Position numbers and translations under genes: made by a program
Source of the DNA: Selaginella moellendorffii
Lineage: Eukaryota; Plantae; Lycopodiophyta
Length of the DNA stretch: 64,000 bases
Direction of reading: 5' to 3'
Assembly: GCF_000143415.4 (NCBI RefSeq)
Contig: NW_003314261.1
Coordinates: forward strand, 6,790,817-6,854,816
Notes under the pieces: model-generated
What the model was told of the DNA's origin: nothing
Database searches by the model: none
What the model saw: only the letters and a program-made list of their open reading frames with translations
Shown: positions 49,023 to 59,802 of the stretch, piece after piece
How positions within the stretch are numbered: the stretch's first letter is position 1
Layout: each line of letters opens with the position of its first letter

Positions 49023-50728
49023 ACAAGACCTTTTCCAAAGGTAAAAGTTACTCTTCTTTCCTCGTGGGTTTTCTCAAGTACTTGTAACTTTGACATCACG
49101 GTTATTTTTCAGAGTAACAGCAAACCACACTGTAATAACGGGTACGTATGGCATCTTTTGAAGTGGTATTATGGTCAACGTCCGGAATATCGTATTTTTC
49201 CCGTAACCTCCAAAACACCACTTTCAGCATGGGGCCTACGTTCGTACACAAATGGGACACTCCAATTCTTGTGAATCACTTGCTTTAATTTTTTTTTTCT
49301 GTGTGAGTCACGCAACAAGCTATCAATATGCAATCAAGGGAGTCGAGAAATTTGATCCAATTGGATCGAATTCGATCATCGCATAGGTGTAAAGGATTAA
49401 GGCGAAAAGAGGCAACGCACTCTCGCAAAGAGCTGCGTAAAGAGAGGCCAATTGTCCGAAAAGATCAAAAAGATAGGTGGAATCGTTACACTATGATGTT
49501 AAGAGAACCTTGATCATTGTGTCATGCTCGGTACTGTCGTACGCGTGAGCCACTCCTGGTTTGAGCCACGTGGTACGAAACGCCGGTCAACTCGCCGGCT
49601 TGGAATAATGGCGGGACATTCCGTCCTCGCCGGCGGGAAGAGTAACGGCGCTGGATCACGCCGTCTGCCACGTGGGATATAGAAGCTTCACTTCGCCGCC
49701 CGCGATATGTGTGTCCCGTTGCAAACGTTCCAGTGTGGTTTTTATTTTTGCCGCCTCTAGGGTTCTTGCGCGAAATATTTGGCTCTCTCTGACCGATAGG
49801 ATCGATCGGAAGCTGGAAGGTCAAATTGGCGGCGAGGAATCGAAGGGATGCGCGCGGCGCTAGCGAGCGTTTCTAGGTGGCCTACTCTACTCGCGCCTCT
49901 CAAATCAGTTAGTTTTCTCTCCTCTGCTCTCTATCTGTGATGTGGAGCGTCTCTTTCGTGCTGACAGGATCGTTGCGCTTCTTTCCCCCTTGCAGATCGC
50001 TCTCGGAAACGTTTGGTGCTGGAATTCGTTCTTGACGGCATACATTGGGCATGAACCGTGAGAAAATTCGTCCGAGAGTAAGCCTTGAATGAGACGCTTT
50101 TTGCTTCCAGGCCTTACATCTTGTCCAGGAATTCGCGAGACAATGTGTTCTGGGAGGCTTGTCTTCTAAGCAAGCAATCCTTGTGATAGACGCTGGCATT
50201 TATGTGAGCGGGGTGTCGCGTTTGATTTCGTGAGGTAGGAGCGGTGTTAGTGCAATCCAGTCTAGATCTCTTGGTGGTGGTGCATTTATGAGGCAGCGAG
50301 CTAGAGAGGATCATAGGTAGACCAATTTTTTGTGATTTTTGCGGGAGTTTTCTTTGTAAGAGGGGAGCTGTTTTTCTTTCTTTGTTTCCTTTTTTGGATG
50401 CTTTAGCGATTCGCCATTGAGTGAAAGCGGCTCCAGGTTCAGTCCCGGGATCCAGATTAAACTAATGCTGCCGCGGACAGCAGCCAGACTGGATCACTGT
50501 GTCTCTTGCAAAATTGGGCTTTTTGTTGCTGCATGCTCCTGCGAGATGGTCGATTTCTGTGACGTTTTTTTCTTCTTCTCGAGATCGAGGGACAGTCATA
50601 GAAGTTGAGCGAGGGACAGTCGTAGAAGGTTCTTTGATTGGAGTGACAGCGATGGTAGGAGATAAAATTCACATTGACGAGCTTTTTTGAACAAGGGAGG
50701 TGTGCGCCGAGACCTTGGCTCCCGGAAG

Positions 50729-53524
50729 ATGGGAAAGAAGGTGGTGGTGGAGATTTTGAGCGCGCACAATCTCATGCCCAAGGACGGGCACGGCTCCGCC
50801 AATGCGTACTGCATTGTGGAGTTCGACGGGCAGCGGCAGGCAACCAAGGTGAAGACCAAGGATTTGAATCCGGTGTGGAACGAGAAGCTCGAGTTTCAAG
50901 TCCGGGATGCGCAAAGCATGGCTCAGGAGGCTGTCCGGATTGAGGTGCTCACGGCGCATCCAAAGGAGAAGAACAACAGGAAGAAGGATGGATTTCTGGG
51001 AAGAGTCCGGATTGAGGGAATTAGCATCAAGAAACAGGGGGACGAGGCGATTGTGAGCTATTTGCTGCAGAAGAGAAGCCCCTTCTCGCACATCAAGGGG
51101 GAGCTCCGGGTCAAGGTGTACTGGGTGGACGAGGCCAAGAAGGAGGAGGCCAAGAAGGGAGAGGAGAAGAAAGATGGCGACAAGAAAGATGGAGAGAAGA
51201 AGGAAGGAGAGAAGAAAAATGGCGAGAAGAAGGACGAGAAGAAAGTTGAGAGGCCGCCACCCCCGACTGTGGTTCCAGCGGCCGATTACGTCCTGAAGGA
51301 GCGAGCTCCGGTGGTGACAGAGAAGGTGAGGACGTATGATCTGGTGGAGAAAATGCTGTATCTCTACGTCCGCGTCGTCAAAGGGAGGAACATCAGCAAG
51401 GAAGAGCCGTATGTGGTGATCAAGTTTGGAGAAGCTGTGGTCGCGAAGAAGAAGGCAACAAAGAAGGACAAAGTTGCTGTGTGGGAGGAAGTCTTTGCGT
51501 TCAGCAAAGACAAGATCCAGGGGCCGACAGTGGAGATTGTCGTTGCCGAGGACGAGAAGGGAAGCAAAGATTTGGGGAGCGTCGTGCTCGAGATCAGCGA
51601 CATTCCATTCCGTGTTCCGGACAGTCCTCTCGCTCCTCAGTGGCACTCCCTGGAAGATCGGAAAACCCGCGTGAAGAAGGATGAAGGCGAGGTGATGCTG
51701 GCAGTCTGGTCTGGGACACAGGAGGACGAGAGTTTTCCAATCGCCTGGCAGTCGGACACAGGTGGTCACGCGCACACAAAGGCCAAAGTGTATTTATCTC
51801 CCAAGCTCTGGTACCTGATGGTGAACGTGATCGAGGCACAGGACCTGGCCGTCTCGGACAAGTCGCGCTTTCCAAACGTCTGCGCACGAGTGACTCTCGG
51901 GCCATACCAGAAGTGGACGACCACGTTCCCGAAAACTCCCAGCGCCAGTCCGATGTGGAACGAGAGCAAGATGTTCGTAGCCGCGGAGCCTTTCGAGGAG
52001 CACCTGGTGGTGTTCGTGGAGGACAAAGTTTCCGCGGACAAGGCTGAGGTTCTCGGCAGCGTCAAGATCTCTCTCGCCGGCAACAAGCAGATCGCAAGGA
52101 GGAGCGATCCAAAGGAACCGGTGGCGTCCTTCTGGTACAACTTGGACAAGAACGGAGACAAGGGATTCAAAGGCCGCGTCCACCTGAGGCTGAGCTTCGA
52201 AGGCGGTTACCACGTCATGGACGAGTCGACGAGCTACATCAGCGACATGAGACCCACGGCTAAGCACCTGTGGAAGAAAAGCCTGGGGATCCTCCAAGTC
52301 GGGATTCTCCAAGCGAAGGCTCTCCTGCCGATGAAGAACAAGGACGGGCGCGGCACCACCGACGCCTACTGCGTCGCAAAGTATGGGCCGAAGTGGATCC
52401 GGACGAGAACCGTGGTGGACAGCCTCAACCCGAAGTGGAACGAGCAGTACACCTGGGAAGTCTACGACCCATGCACCGTCGTCACCATTTGCGTCTTCGA
52501 CAATTGCCACCTTAGCGACAACAGCAGCAACGCGCAGCCCGACGGCCTCATCGGCAAGATCCGGATCCGCCTGTCCACGCTCGAGAGCAACAAGGTGTAC
52601 GCCAACTCGTATCCGCTCATCGCCCTCCAGCCCAGCGGCGTCAAGAAGATGGGCGAACTCGAGATCACGGTCCGGTTGGCGACCACGACGCTCATCCACG
52701 TCCTCCAGGCCTACTTCCAGCCGCCGCTGCCGAAGCTCCACTACACGCGTCCACTGCCGGTGGCCGAGCAGGAGATGCTACGCATCGAGGCCATCCGGAT
52801 CGTGGCCGGGAGGCTGGGACGAGCGGAGCCACCGCTCCGGCAGGAGGTGATCCGCTACATGCTCGACACCGAGTCCAACATGTTTAGCATGCGGAGGAGC
52901 CGAGCGAACTACGCGCGGCTGACGAACGTCCTCTCGGGCCTGGTGGTGGTGTCGAACTGGTTCCACGAGATCTGCAAGTGGTCGTCGCCGGTGACAACGC
53001 TGCTGGTTCACGTCCTCTTCCTCATCCTCGCCTGGTTCCCGGAGCTCATCCTGCCGACGCTCTTCCTCTACCTCTTCCTCATCGGGGTGGCGCACTACCG
53101 GCACAGGCCGCGAGCGCCGCCGTCCATGGACGCGCAGCTCTCGCACGCCACAGATGGGTTATCCCCGGACGAGCTGGACGAGGAATTCGACACCATTTTC
53201 ACGAAGAAGCACCCGGATCTCGTCAAGGCGAGGTATGAGAGGCTGAGGCTGGCGGCGAGCCGGCTCCAGACGGTGGTGGGCGACATCGCTGCGCAGGGGG
53301 AGAGGGTCCATGCGCTGCTCAGCTGGAGGGATCCTCGGGCGACGGGGATCTTCATCACGTTTTGCTTCATGCTGGCCATCGTCTTGTACGTGGTGCCGTT
53401 CAAGGTGATCGCCATCCTGGTGGGGCTGTATGCGATGAGGCATCCCAGGTTCCGGGACAAGTCGCCCAGCGTGCCCATGAATTTCTTCCGCAGGTTGCCA
53501 TCGCTGGCCGATCGGATTCTGTGA
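50729..53524 (+). CDS. Multiple C2-domain and transmembrane protein (MCTP; FTIP/QUIRKY family), intronless CDS
   Basis: Four C2 domains (AHNLMPKDG..DLNPVWNE; YDLVEKMLYLYVRVVK; KVYLSPKLWYL; TDAYCVAKYG) and a PRT_C region (DELDEEFD, LSWRDPRAT, NFFRRLPS). Confidence 0.96.
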   Translation: MGKKVVVEILSAHNLMPKDGHGSANAYCIVEFDGQRQATKVKTKDLNPVWNEKLEFQVRDAQSMAQEAVRIEVLTAHPKEKNNRKKDGFLGRVRIEGISIKKQGDEAIVSYLLQKRSPFSHIKGELRVKVYWVDEAKKEEAKKGEEKKDGDKKDGEKKEGEKKNGEKKDEKKVERPPPPTVVPAADYVLKERAPVVTEKVRTYDLVEKMLYLYVRVVKGRNISKEEPYVVIKFGEAVVAKKKATKKDKVAVWEEVFAFSKDKIQGPTVEIVVAEDEKGSKDLGSVVLEISDIPFRVPDSPLAPQWHSLEDRKTRVKKDEGEVMLAVWSGTQEDESFPIAWQSDTGGHAHTKAKVYLSPKLWYLMVNVIEAQDLAVSDKSRFPNVCARVTLGPYQKWTTTFPKTPSASPMWNESKMFVAAEPFEEHLVVFVEDKVSADKAEVLGSVKISLAGNKQIARRSDPKEPVASFWYNLDKNGDKGFKGRVHLRLSFEGGYHVMDESTSYISDMRPTAKHLWKKSLGILQVGILQAKALLPMKNKDGRGTTDAYCVAKYGPKWIRTRTVVDSLNPKWNEQYTWEVYDPCTVVTICVFDNCHLSDNSSNAQPDGLIGKIRIRLSTLESNKVYANSYPLIALQPSGVKKMGELEITVRLATTTLIHVLQAYFQPPLPKLHYTRPLPVAEQEMLRIEAIRIVAGRLGRAEPPLRQEVIRYMLDTESNMFSMRRSRANYARLTNVLSGLVVVSNWFHEICKWSSPVTTLLVHVLFLILAWFPELILPTLFLYLFLIGVAHYRHRPRAPPSMDAQLSHATDGLSPDELDEEFDTIFTKKHPDLVKARYERLRLAASRLQTVVGDIAAQGERVHALLSWRDPRATGIFITFCFMLAIVLYVVPFKVIAILVGLYAMRHPRFRDKSPSVPMNFFRRLPSLADRIL

Positions 53525-53597
53525 AAGAAGGAACCAAGTTTTTGCTTTTTACTTTAAACCCTTAGAACTTAAGAAAAGGAGAAAAGTTGTTTCTTTT

Positions 53598-53669
53598 TGC
53601 GTCAGCCGAGAGTCGAACTCGGGTCTATTGCTTGGAAGGCAATTATCCTTACCGTTGGACTACTGACGC
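53598..53669 (-). tRNA. tRNA-Gly(UCC), intact
   Basis: GCGTCAGTAGTCCAACGGTAAGGATAATTGCCTTCCAAGCAATAGACCCGAGTTCGACTCTCGGCTGACGCA, 72 nt, all stems pair; T4 run shortly downstream. Confidence 0.93.
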
Positions 53670-53737
53670 ATTTTTATGAGTAACTAAGATGGGTTAATAT
53701 TAGTTAACTTTGGCTTACTTTAAATTCTTTAAAAGCT

Positions 53738-53787
53738 TGCGTCAGCCAGTCGAACTCGGGTCTATTGCTTGGAAGGCAATTGACACA
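53738..53787 (-). pseudogene. Deleted tRNA-Gly fragment
   Basis: Anticodon and T arms retained, D arm deleted, 3-nt loss in the T stem. Confidence 0.85.
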
Positions 53788-53805
53788 TTTTATAACCTTC
53801 AAACA

Positions 53806-53877
53806 TGCGTCAGCCGAGAGTCGAACTCGGGTCTATTGCTTGGAAGGCAATTATTCTACCCGCTGGACTAGTGACGC
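53806..53877 (-). tRNA. tRNA-Gly(UCC), degenerate copy
   Basis: 72 nt, with a C-C mismatch in the acceptor stem and D-arm substitutions. Confidence 0.6.
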
Positions 53878-53936
53878 ATTTTTATGAGTAACTAAGACTG
53901 GTTAGTAGTCCTAGTTAACTTTGGCTTACTTTAAAT

Positions 53937-53963
53937 TCTATTGCTTGGAAGGCAATTGACACA
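53937..53963 (-). pseudogene. tRNA-Gly anticodon-arm fragment
   Basis: TCTATTGCTTGGAAGGCAATTGACACA, the same deletion junction as the 53738 fragment. Confidence 0.75.
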
Positions 53964-53981
53964 TTTTATAACCTTCAAACA

Positions 53982-54052
53982 TGCGTCAGCCGAGAGTCGA
54001 ACTCCGGTCTATTGCTGGAAGGCAATTATCCTAACCGTTGGACTACTGACGC
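53982..54052 (-). pseudogene. tRNA-Gly(UCC) pseudogene with a 6-nt anticodon loop
   Basis: 71 nt; ATTGC-CTTCCA-GCAAT (one A lost) and a T-stem mismatch. Confidence 0.75.
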
Positions 54053-54781
54053 ATTTTCGTCCTAACGAAAAAGGGTTAAACTAGTTAGTTAATCGCATTC
54101 TTAGGGTTCTTTATGTGCTGTTAGGGTTTTGGTCGAGCGCCTCCTTTTTCTTTGCGGCGCGCTTCCTCTTCGTGCCTGTGACAATGGCGCTCGCACATCG
54201 TTCTCGCAAAGCTTCTAATGCCGCGATGCTTTGGTCTGTGGGTCGTCAGGCTTCGCTCTTTGCTATAGCTGCCGGGTTTTGGATTTGATAGATAGATTTC
54301 TCTCTCTTTTTGAGGCTGATGAAACCGCACTGGGCTCCGATTGTTATGAGCGATTTGCTGGGCCTAGAAAACCCAATTTCTGACTCTTCTCGTCTAGTCT
54401 CGTCACGTTTGGGGAATTGCAGTGCTCTGATTACTTTTCCTGTACCATCAAATTCAGAGGCATTCTTCGTGCTAGTGCCTGAAAATCTTTTAGGGAAATG
54501 AGCACTTGTTTGTCTGGAGTTCTTTCTTTTCCTTTCCTTGTGGCGATGATTACAAACTATCCGCGCTTCTGAGATCAAACGCTGAAGCACAAAAAGATAA
54601 TGGTTGAATTTCTTGACATGAGCCACTCAAAAGTAACCAAAAGTTCTTGTTACAAACCAAAAGCTCTCTTAGATTCCAATCCAAAGTCGGCCAACTCCAT
54701 GATAGTCAACGGCTACGGAGTCAACGGATAGCTCAATGGTCAATAAAATTCCCCATAACAGTCGTGGTCAGTCAAACCTTG

Positions 54782-56659
54782 TCATAGAACGTCAACGGTC
54801 CGGTCAACGGTCTCGGTGGCCAGGAGGTTTGCCAGGAGCACGTACCTGGATGGGCTGTGCTGCTCCATCTCCAGCACCAGACCCCCCACACTCTCCCCTC
54901 GCCTCACATCACTCTGCGTCCAGCACGCCCCCAGCAGCGTCCCCAGCGCCACATCGTCGGGCACGAATGGCATCGCCGCCAGCACCTCCTCCGACTCCTC
55001 CAGCATCCCCGCGCGCCCGAGAACATCCACCGCGCAGCTGTAGTGCTCCCGAATCGCCGCCACCCCAAACTCCGCCAGCAGCGCCCAGTTCCGCCACACC
55101 TCCGCCACCGCCCCCGCCGCCGCGCATCCCCCCAGCACCACCGTGAACGTGTTCGCGTCCGGCTGGATCCCCTCGAGCTTCATCGCGTCGAAGAGCGCCA
55201 TGGCCGATTCAAGCTGGCTCGACTGCGCGTAGGCCGCGATCATCGTGTTCCAGGCGGCGGCGTTCCTCTCCGCCATGGCGTCGAACGCCGCCTTGGCCTC
55301 GCCCACGCGCGTGTTCTTGGCCAGCGCCCCCACGATGGAGCTCCACGACACGACGCTCCACTGGGGCATCCGATCGAAGGCGACCTTGGCGTCGCGGAGG
55401 CACGAATTCCTCGCGTAGGCCGTGATCATCGCGTTCCAGGTGACGACCGTGCGCTGCGGCATCGAATCGAAGAGCGCCTCGGCCTCGCCAAGATGCCCGG
55501 TTTGGGCATACGCTACGATCATCGTTGTCGCGGAGACTACGTTGTGCTCGGGAGAGGAGTCAAAGATCTCCTTGATCGATCGCGGATCGCTGCCAAGGAG
55601 GCCGTGACAGAGAGAATTGAAGCACGCGAGGTGCCACTGGGGCATCCGATCGAAGGTCTCGCGCGCTCGATCCAAGAAGCCCAATCGCGCGAACGCGTTG
55701 AGCATCACGTTCCAGGTGATGGAATCCCTCTCCGGAAGCTGCGAGAACATCGCCATCGCGGATTCCAGATCGCCCATCGACCGCGAGTGGAGCGCTGCGT
55801 TGAGTGACACGATGTTCCACTGCGGCATTCGATCCAGGAGCTCCAGCGCTGCTGTGGGCTGCGAGGATTTCGAGCAGCGGACGACGATCACTGTCCATGT
55901 CCCGGGCTCTCTCACGGGGATTCGATCGAAGAGGTGTTTGATCTCTTCCAGCGGGCGGTGATCGGCGCGAGCCAAGAAGGTCGCGGTCCAGGAGACGCGA
56001 TTGTGCTGCGGCATTCGATCAAATGCCTGGATCGCGGCATCGGTGTCGGAATTCACGGCGAATGCCTCGGCGATCGCGTTCCAGGAGACGATGCTCCTCT
56101 CCGGGGTAGTATCGAAAGCGTTCTTGGCGCGTCTTGGATCCCTAGCCTCGGCATAGGCAGTCACGATCGTGTTCCAAGAGATCACATTCCTCTCGGGGAT
56201 CTTCGTGAAGACGAGCTCCATTGCTTCGATCGCGAGGCTGCCCGCGTACGCTGCAAGGATCGTGTTCCAGGTGAAGATGCTGCGATCGCGCATCCAGGAG
56301 AAGAATTGCGAGAGATCCTCCAGAAGGGCGTTCTTGGCATAGGCAGCAAGCATCGCGTTCGTGGGGACTGGATGCTTGGGCTCTGGCATTCGATCAAACA
56401 TCGCCCTCGCGGCGATCGGGTCACCATTCCTGGAGAAGGCCGTGATGATCGCGGTCCAGAGGAAGGCATCCGGCGGCTCAGTGCTAGCGGCGGCAAATCC
56501 CTCAAACACCGCCCGGGCATCGGCCGCGCTCCCCACGCTGCCATACATCTGGATGAGCTGATCGACGACGCGCTTGTCGGACCCCAGCCCCGCTCTCACG
56601 ATCCCGGCGTGGATTCGCCGCGCGTCGGCTAGATCTCTCGCGCTGGAGCAAAGCCTCAT
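54782..56659 (-). CDS. PLS-class PPR protein with E domain, no DYW
   Basis: Intronless tandem ~31-aa repeats (FDRMP..N.VSWN), HYSCAVDVLGRAG, MPFVPD...LLGAC, YVLLANL. Confidence 0.95.
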   Translation of the reverse strand: MRLCSSARDLADARRIHAGIVRAGLGSDKRVVDQLIQMYGSVGSAADARAVFEGFAAASTEPPDAFLWTAIITAFSRNGDPIAARAMFDRMPEPKHPVPTNAMLAAYAKNALLEDLSQFFSWMRDRSIFTWNTILAAYAGSLAIEAMELVFTKIPERNVISWNTIVTAYAEARDPRRAKNAFDTTPERSIVSWNAIAEAFAVNSDTDAAIQAFDRMPQHNRVSWTATFLARADHRPLEEIKHLFDRIPVREPGTWTVIVVRCSKSSQPTAALELLDRMPQWNIVSLNAALHSRSMGDLESAMAMFSQLPERDSITWNVMLNAFARLGFLDRARETFDRMPQWHLACFNSLCHGLLGSDPRSIKEIFDSSPEHNVVSATTMIVAYAQTGHLGEAEALFDSMPQRTVVTWNAMITAYARNSCLRDAKVAFDRMPQWSVVSWSSIVGALAKNTRVGEAKAAFDAMAERNAAAWNTMIAAYAQSSQLESAMALFDAMKLEGIQPDANTFTVVLGGCAAAGAVAEVWRNWALLAEFGVAAIREHYSCAVDVLGRAGMLEESEEVLAAMPFVPDDVALGTLLGACWTQSDVRRGESVGGLVLEMEQHSPSRYVLLANLLATETVDRTVDVL

Positions 56660-57212
56660 GCCCACGCATTTTTAGGGTTCTTCTATACCAGAAGAAAAAG
56701 AAAAGATACCAGAATCTAGGGCTTTTGACCTTTTACAGAGAATATACCAAAAGAAAGGAAAAGATACCAGAATCTAGGGCTCTTTACTTTTTGCCCACGT
56801 GAAAAGCGCTGAATATGGACGGACGGATTTCGTAGGTTAAACAGTGTATCAGATCACAAGAGGTTTTTATTTCGTATTTTCTTCGCTCCCTTGTTCGTCG
56901 TCTTGTTCTTCGATGGCGCACGCAGTCAAGGAGCGTGCATCGTGACGTCGTGCGCGAGAAAGATCCATTCCTCGTGTATCGGAGGAGCCGCCGCGAGGTA
57001 AATGCGCTCTCAATCGATCGCCCCTTTTTACTCAGTCCGATTCGATCAATTTCGCGATCTCTCCACCAGACCTGGTCTCGGCGTGGATTCTTGCAGCGAT
57101 TTTTAAAAGAGAGGAGCTGGGAATCCGGCGAATCGGCACTGTTTCTAGCTGGATTATGACCATCTTGTTCGTGGCTGTGGCAGATTAAAGGCGAGCAACG
57201 ACGTGCTGCGCA

Positions 57213-58902
57213 ATGGCGCTGGCCGTGTCGAGCGAAATTCGCATTGCCGCTCTGTCGCCATTCCCATCGCCGCCGCCGCCGCCGACCTCGACTTCTCCGT
57301 CATCTTGCTCGTTTCTACAAGCCAGCTATGGTGCCAGCAAGGGGAAATCGTCCATAGCTAGCATTCCGGGAAAGAAGACTTTGAGAACTATGATGAAGGT
57401 AGGGGGCTACGCGATTTTGCCAGAGGAAGAAAGTCCGTGTACTTTGCGAGAAAGGATGGGGCGTGGGCTGGATGTAAGTTGTAGAGCTCAGAGCACCGCT
57501 CCAGCCACGGAGACTGAGCAAGAAGGCTGGGAAAAGCGTCAGGTATATGATATGTTCTTGCGATTTCTCCAAGGTTCTAAAGCTTGTGCTCAAGCTGTCT
57601 AGAACGAAGCAGAAAATGGAGGATCGACGTCATCCTGGCACTGGACTCTAAACTGGAACGAGATCACTTCAAGCATTGTTGTTGGCTCTTGTCCACGAAG
57701 TCCCGACGATGTGGTATGTGATGTTTTTGTTTTACTTTTGGATGGCAGGCTAATTTGTATGGTGCCTGCCAGGATAGAATTGCCGAGGGATGTGGGGTCA
57801 ATGCGATTCTAAGCGTGCAGTCGGATGTTTGTTTGGATGCTCTCAAGGTAATAGAGTTTGAGGATTGATGGTCTCAGAACTCTGATCGAGATTTGTATTT
57901 TGCGAGTCAGATACCATTTGAGAGCATAAAACGAAGAGCGTCAGAAAGAGGCGTCTACTTGGAGCGGGTCCCTATCCGGGACTTCGACCACGGTGATCAG
58001 GTTTGTTTTGTAGCTCTCCAGTTCATTTTTGTAGCTGGCCTAACTCATTGGTCTCAATCAGGCACTGATGTTGCCAGAAGCGGTGAGGATGTTAAACATG
58101 CTTGTCGCGCGAGGATTGAAGGTTTACGTCCATTGCACTGCCGGTATCAATCGTGCTACGTTAACGGTCGTAGGATATCTTACATTTATACAGGCAAGAG
58201 CTTCGAAGTGTTTTTATCAGAGTTTAACTTCGATTTCTTTTTCTCAGGGAATGGACCTCGATGACGCTGTTAATGTTATTAGATCAGCTCGAAGCATAGC
58301 GCATCCCTACATTGACTGCTGGATCGAAACCAGGAGAAGATTACTGGGTATGATAGTGAAAAAGTATTTAAGTGGAACAAAATTGATTTTGATGCAATCT
58401 CTCGTACAGACGGAAGATCAAAAGAGCTGACAGCCGTGTCAAGACAAATCTATGAATGTCGCTGCAGCAAGGGCCTTAGTGGCAATTCCAAATCGGACTG
58501 GGAAGCAGCACAGGTTTGTTCGATTGCAGATCTGCGAGAAATCTTTTATTACATGCTTTTTGTTTTGTAGAAACAAGCAATTACGAACACGTTCAATCGT
58601 TGGCTAAAAATCGATCTGGTAAGACAAGCCTCGCGGGTTTTCTCTGAGTCTGATTGCCTGACTCTTTCCAGGGAGTGATTGAAACGGAGCTGGATTTACT
58701 GGATCGACAATACGCTGCAGCGTTGAGAAAAGTCAAGACGGAGTTTGAGCGAGACATGTCCGATGCTCGATCAGAAAGAAACCACGTAAGCTTCGACTAC
58801 ACGCAGTATGTAGCAGCAGCAGCAGCGGTTGCTCCGACGTCAACAAGAGCCGGTGAAGAAGAAGACGAAAAGGAAGGATCAAACGAGGAAGAACTAACCG
58901 AG

Positions 58903-58935
<33 letters not shown>

Positions 58936-59013
58936 AACGAGAACGAGAACGCAGCAGTGGAGTGCGATGTCGTAACGCGTCAGTGTGTGACGAAACAAGA
59001 CGAGGTGGTATGA
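57213..59013 (+). CDS. Plastid dual-specificity phosphatase, glucan-phosphatase-like
   Basis: Ser/Pro-rich transit peptide, IVVGSCP, IRDFD, active site VHCTAGINRA; nine exons including a GC-AG intron at 58194-58247; acidic tail. Confidence 0.85.
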
Positions 59014-59457
59014 GCGCCTCCATCCATTCCATTCGCTGTCAATTCTTTTCGAGTAGCTCGGAAGCTAAGCTTGATCTCACTGTGCTTCGTCTCACGCGAT
59101 GGTGAAGTTTTTGTGTTTTTGTTCTTGCAGGATCTCATGTTGCAAAGGCCGCTCAGATGGTATCTGTCCAGAAGCCACTGAAAGGACTTTGATCGAATCT
59201 ACATTGACTAAAAGGTACTCTTTTTTTCTTCTCGTACGTAGGAGCTGTCTCGCTCACTCTTTTGATTCTTTTTTCTTTTTTTTTGTTCTCTCTTGCTCAG
59301 TGCGCTCACTGAAATCGATGTGATGGTGGCGGGCAAAGTTTGAAGCATTCCGGCTATCATTTATAGCAGAGAGCGGGAAGAACAGTAGCGGCGGCGTTTT
59401 GGAGGGTTTCGGAAGCAAGAGAGAAGGAAAAGAGGAGCAAGGCGAAGCAAAGCAACC

Positions 59458-59802
59458 ATGGTGAGCTACGATGCCGAGGGCGTGGCGCTGGCGATCCTTC
59501 TCTTCATCGTGGCGGGCATTTGCGAGGTTGGAGGGGGCTGGCTGGTGTGGAAGTGGAGGCGCGAGGGATGGAGCTGGGCCTTCTTCATCCTGGGCTCCAT
59601 TCTGCTAGTGGTGTATGGGATCATCCCCACGCTCCAGAGGCAGACGTTTGCGCGGACCTTTGCGGCGTATGGTGGGTTTTTCATTGTGCTGTCGCTGGTG
59701 TGGGGCTGGATCACCGAGGGCGCGCGGCCGGATGTGTGGGACGTGGTTGGATCGATCGTTGCTTTGATCGGGGTCTCCATGATCATGTTTGCCAGGAGAT
59801 AG
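59458..59802 (+). CDS. ynfA: YnfA/UPF0060 family small membrane protein
   Basis: LFIVAGICEVGGGWLVW.W.RE, YGIIPTLQ, FARTFAAYGGFFIVLSLVWGW..EG.RPD.WD; 114 aa, four TM segments, intronless. Confidence 0.9.
   Translation: MVSYDAEGVALAILLFIVAGICEVGGGWLVWKWRREGWSWAFFILGSILLVVYGIIPTLQRQTFARTFAAYGGFFIVLSLVWGWITEGARPDVWDVVGSIVALIGVSMIMFARR

Noticed and set aside
51130-51250. Lys/Glu-rich repeats in the MCTP gene
   Set aside because: An ordinary low-complexity linker between the first two C2 domains.
50669-53478. Long antisense ORFs (368 aa, 315 aa and others) over the MCTP gene
   Set aside because: Shadows of GC-rich codon usage with no domain signal. The same applies to antisense ORFs over the coiled-coil, PPR and BAHD genes.
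53982-54052. 6-nt anticodon loop as a frameshift-suppressor tRNA
   Set aside because: The additional T-stem mismatch and the decaying array make a pseudogene far more likely.
54121-54626. Short ORFs between the tRNA array and the PPR gene
   Set aside because: No recognisable motifs or consistent exon structure.
56698-56782. Duplicated AAAAGATACCAGAATCTAGGGCT between the PPR and DSP genes
   Set aside because: A real short local duplication, but with no evidence of an element or target-site duplication.
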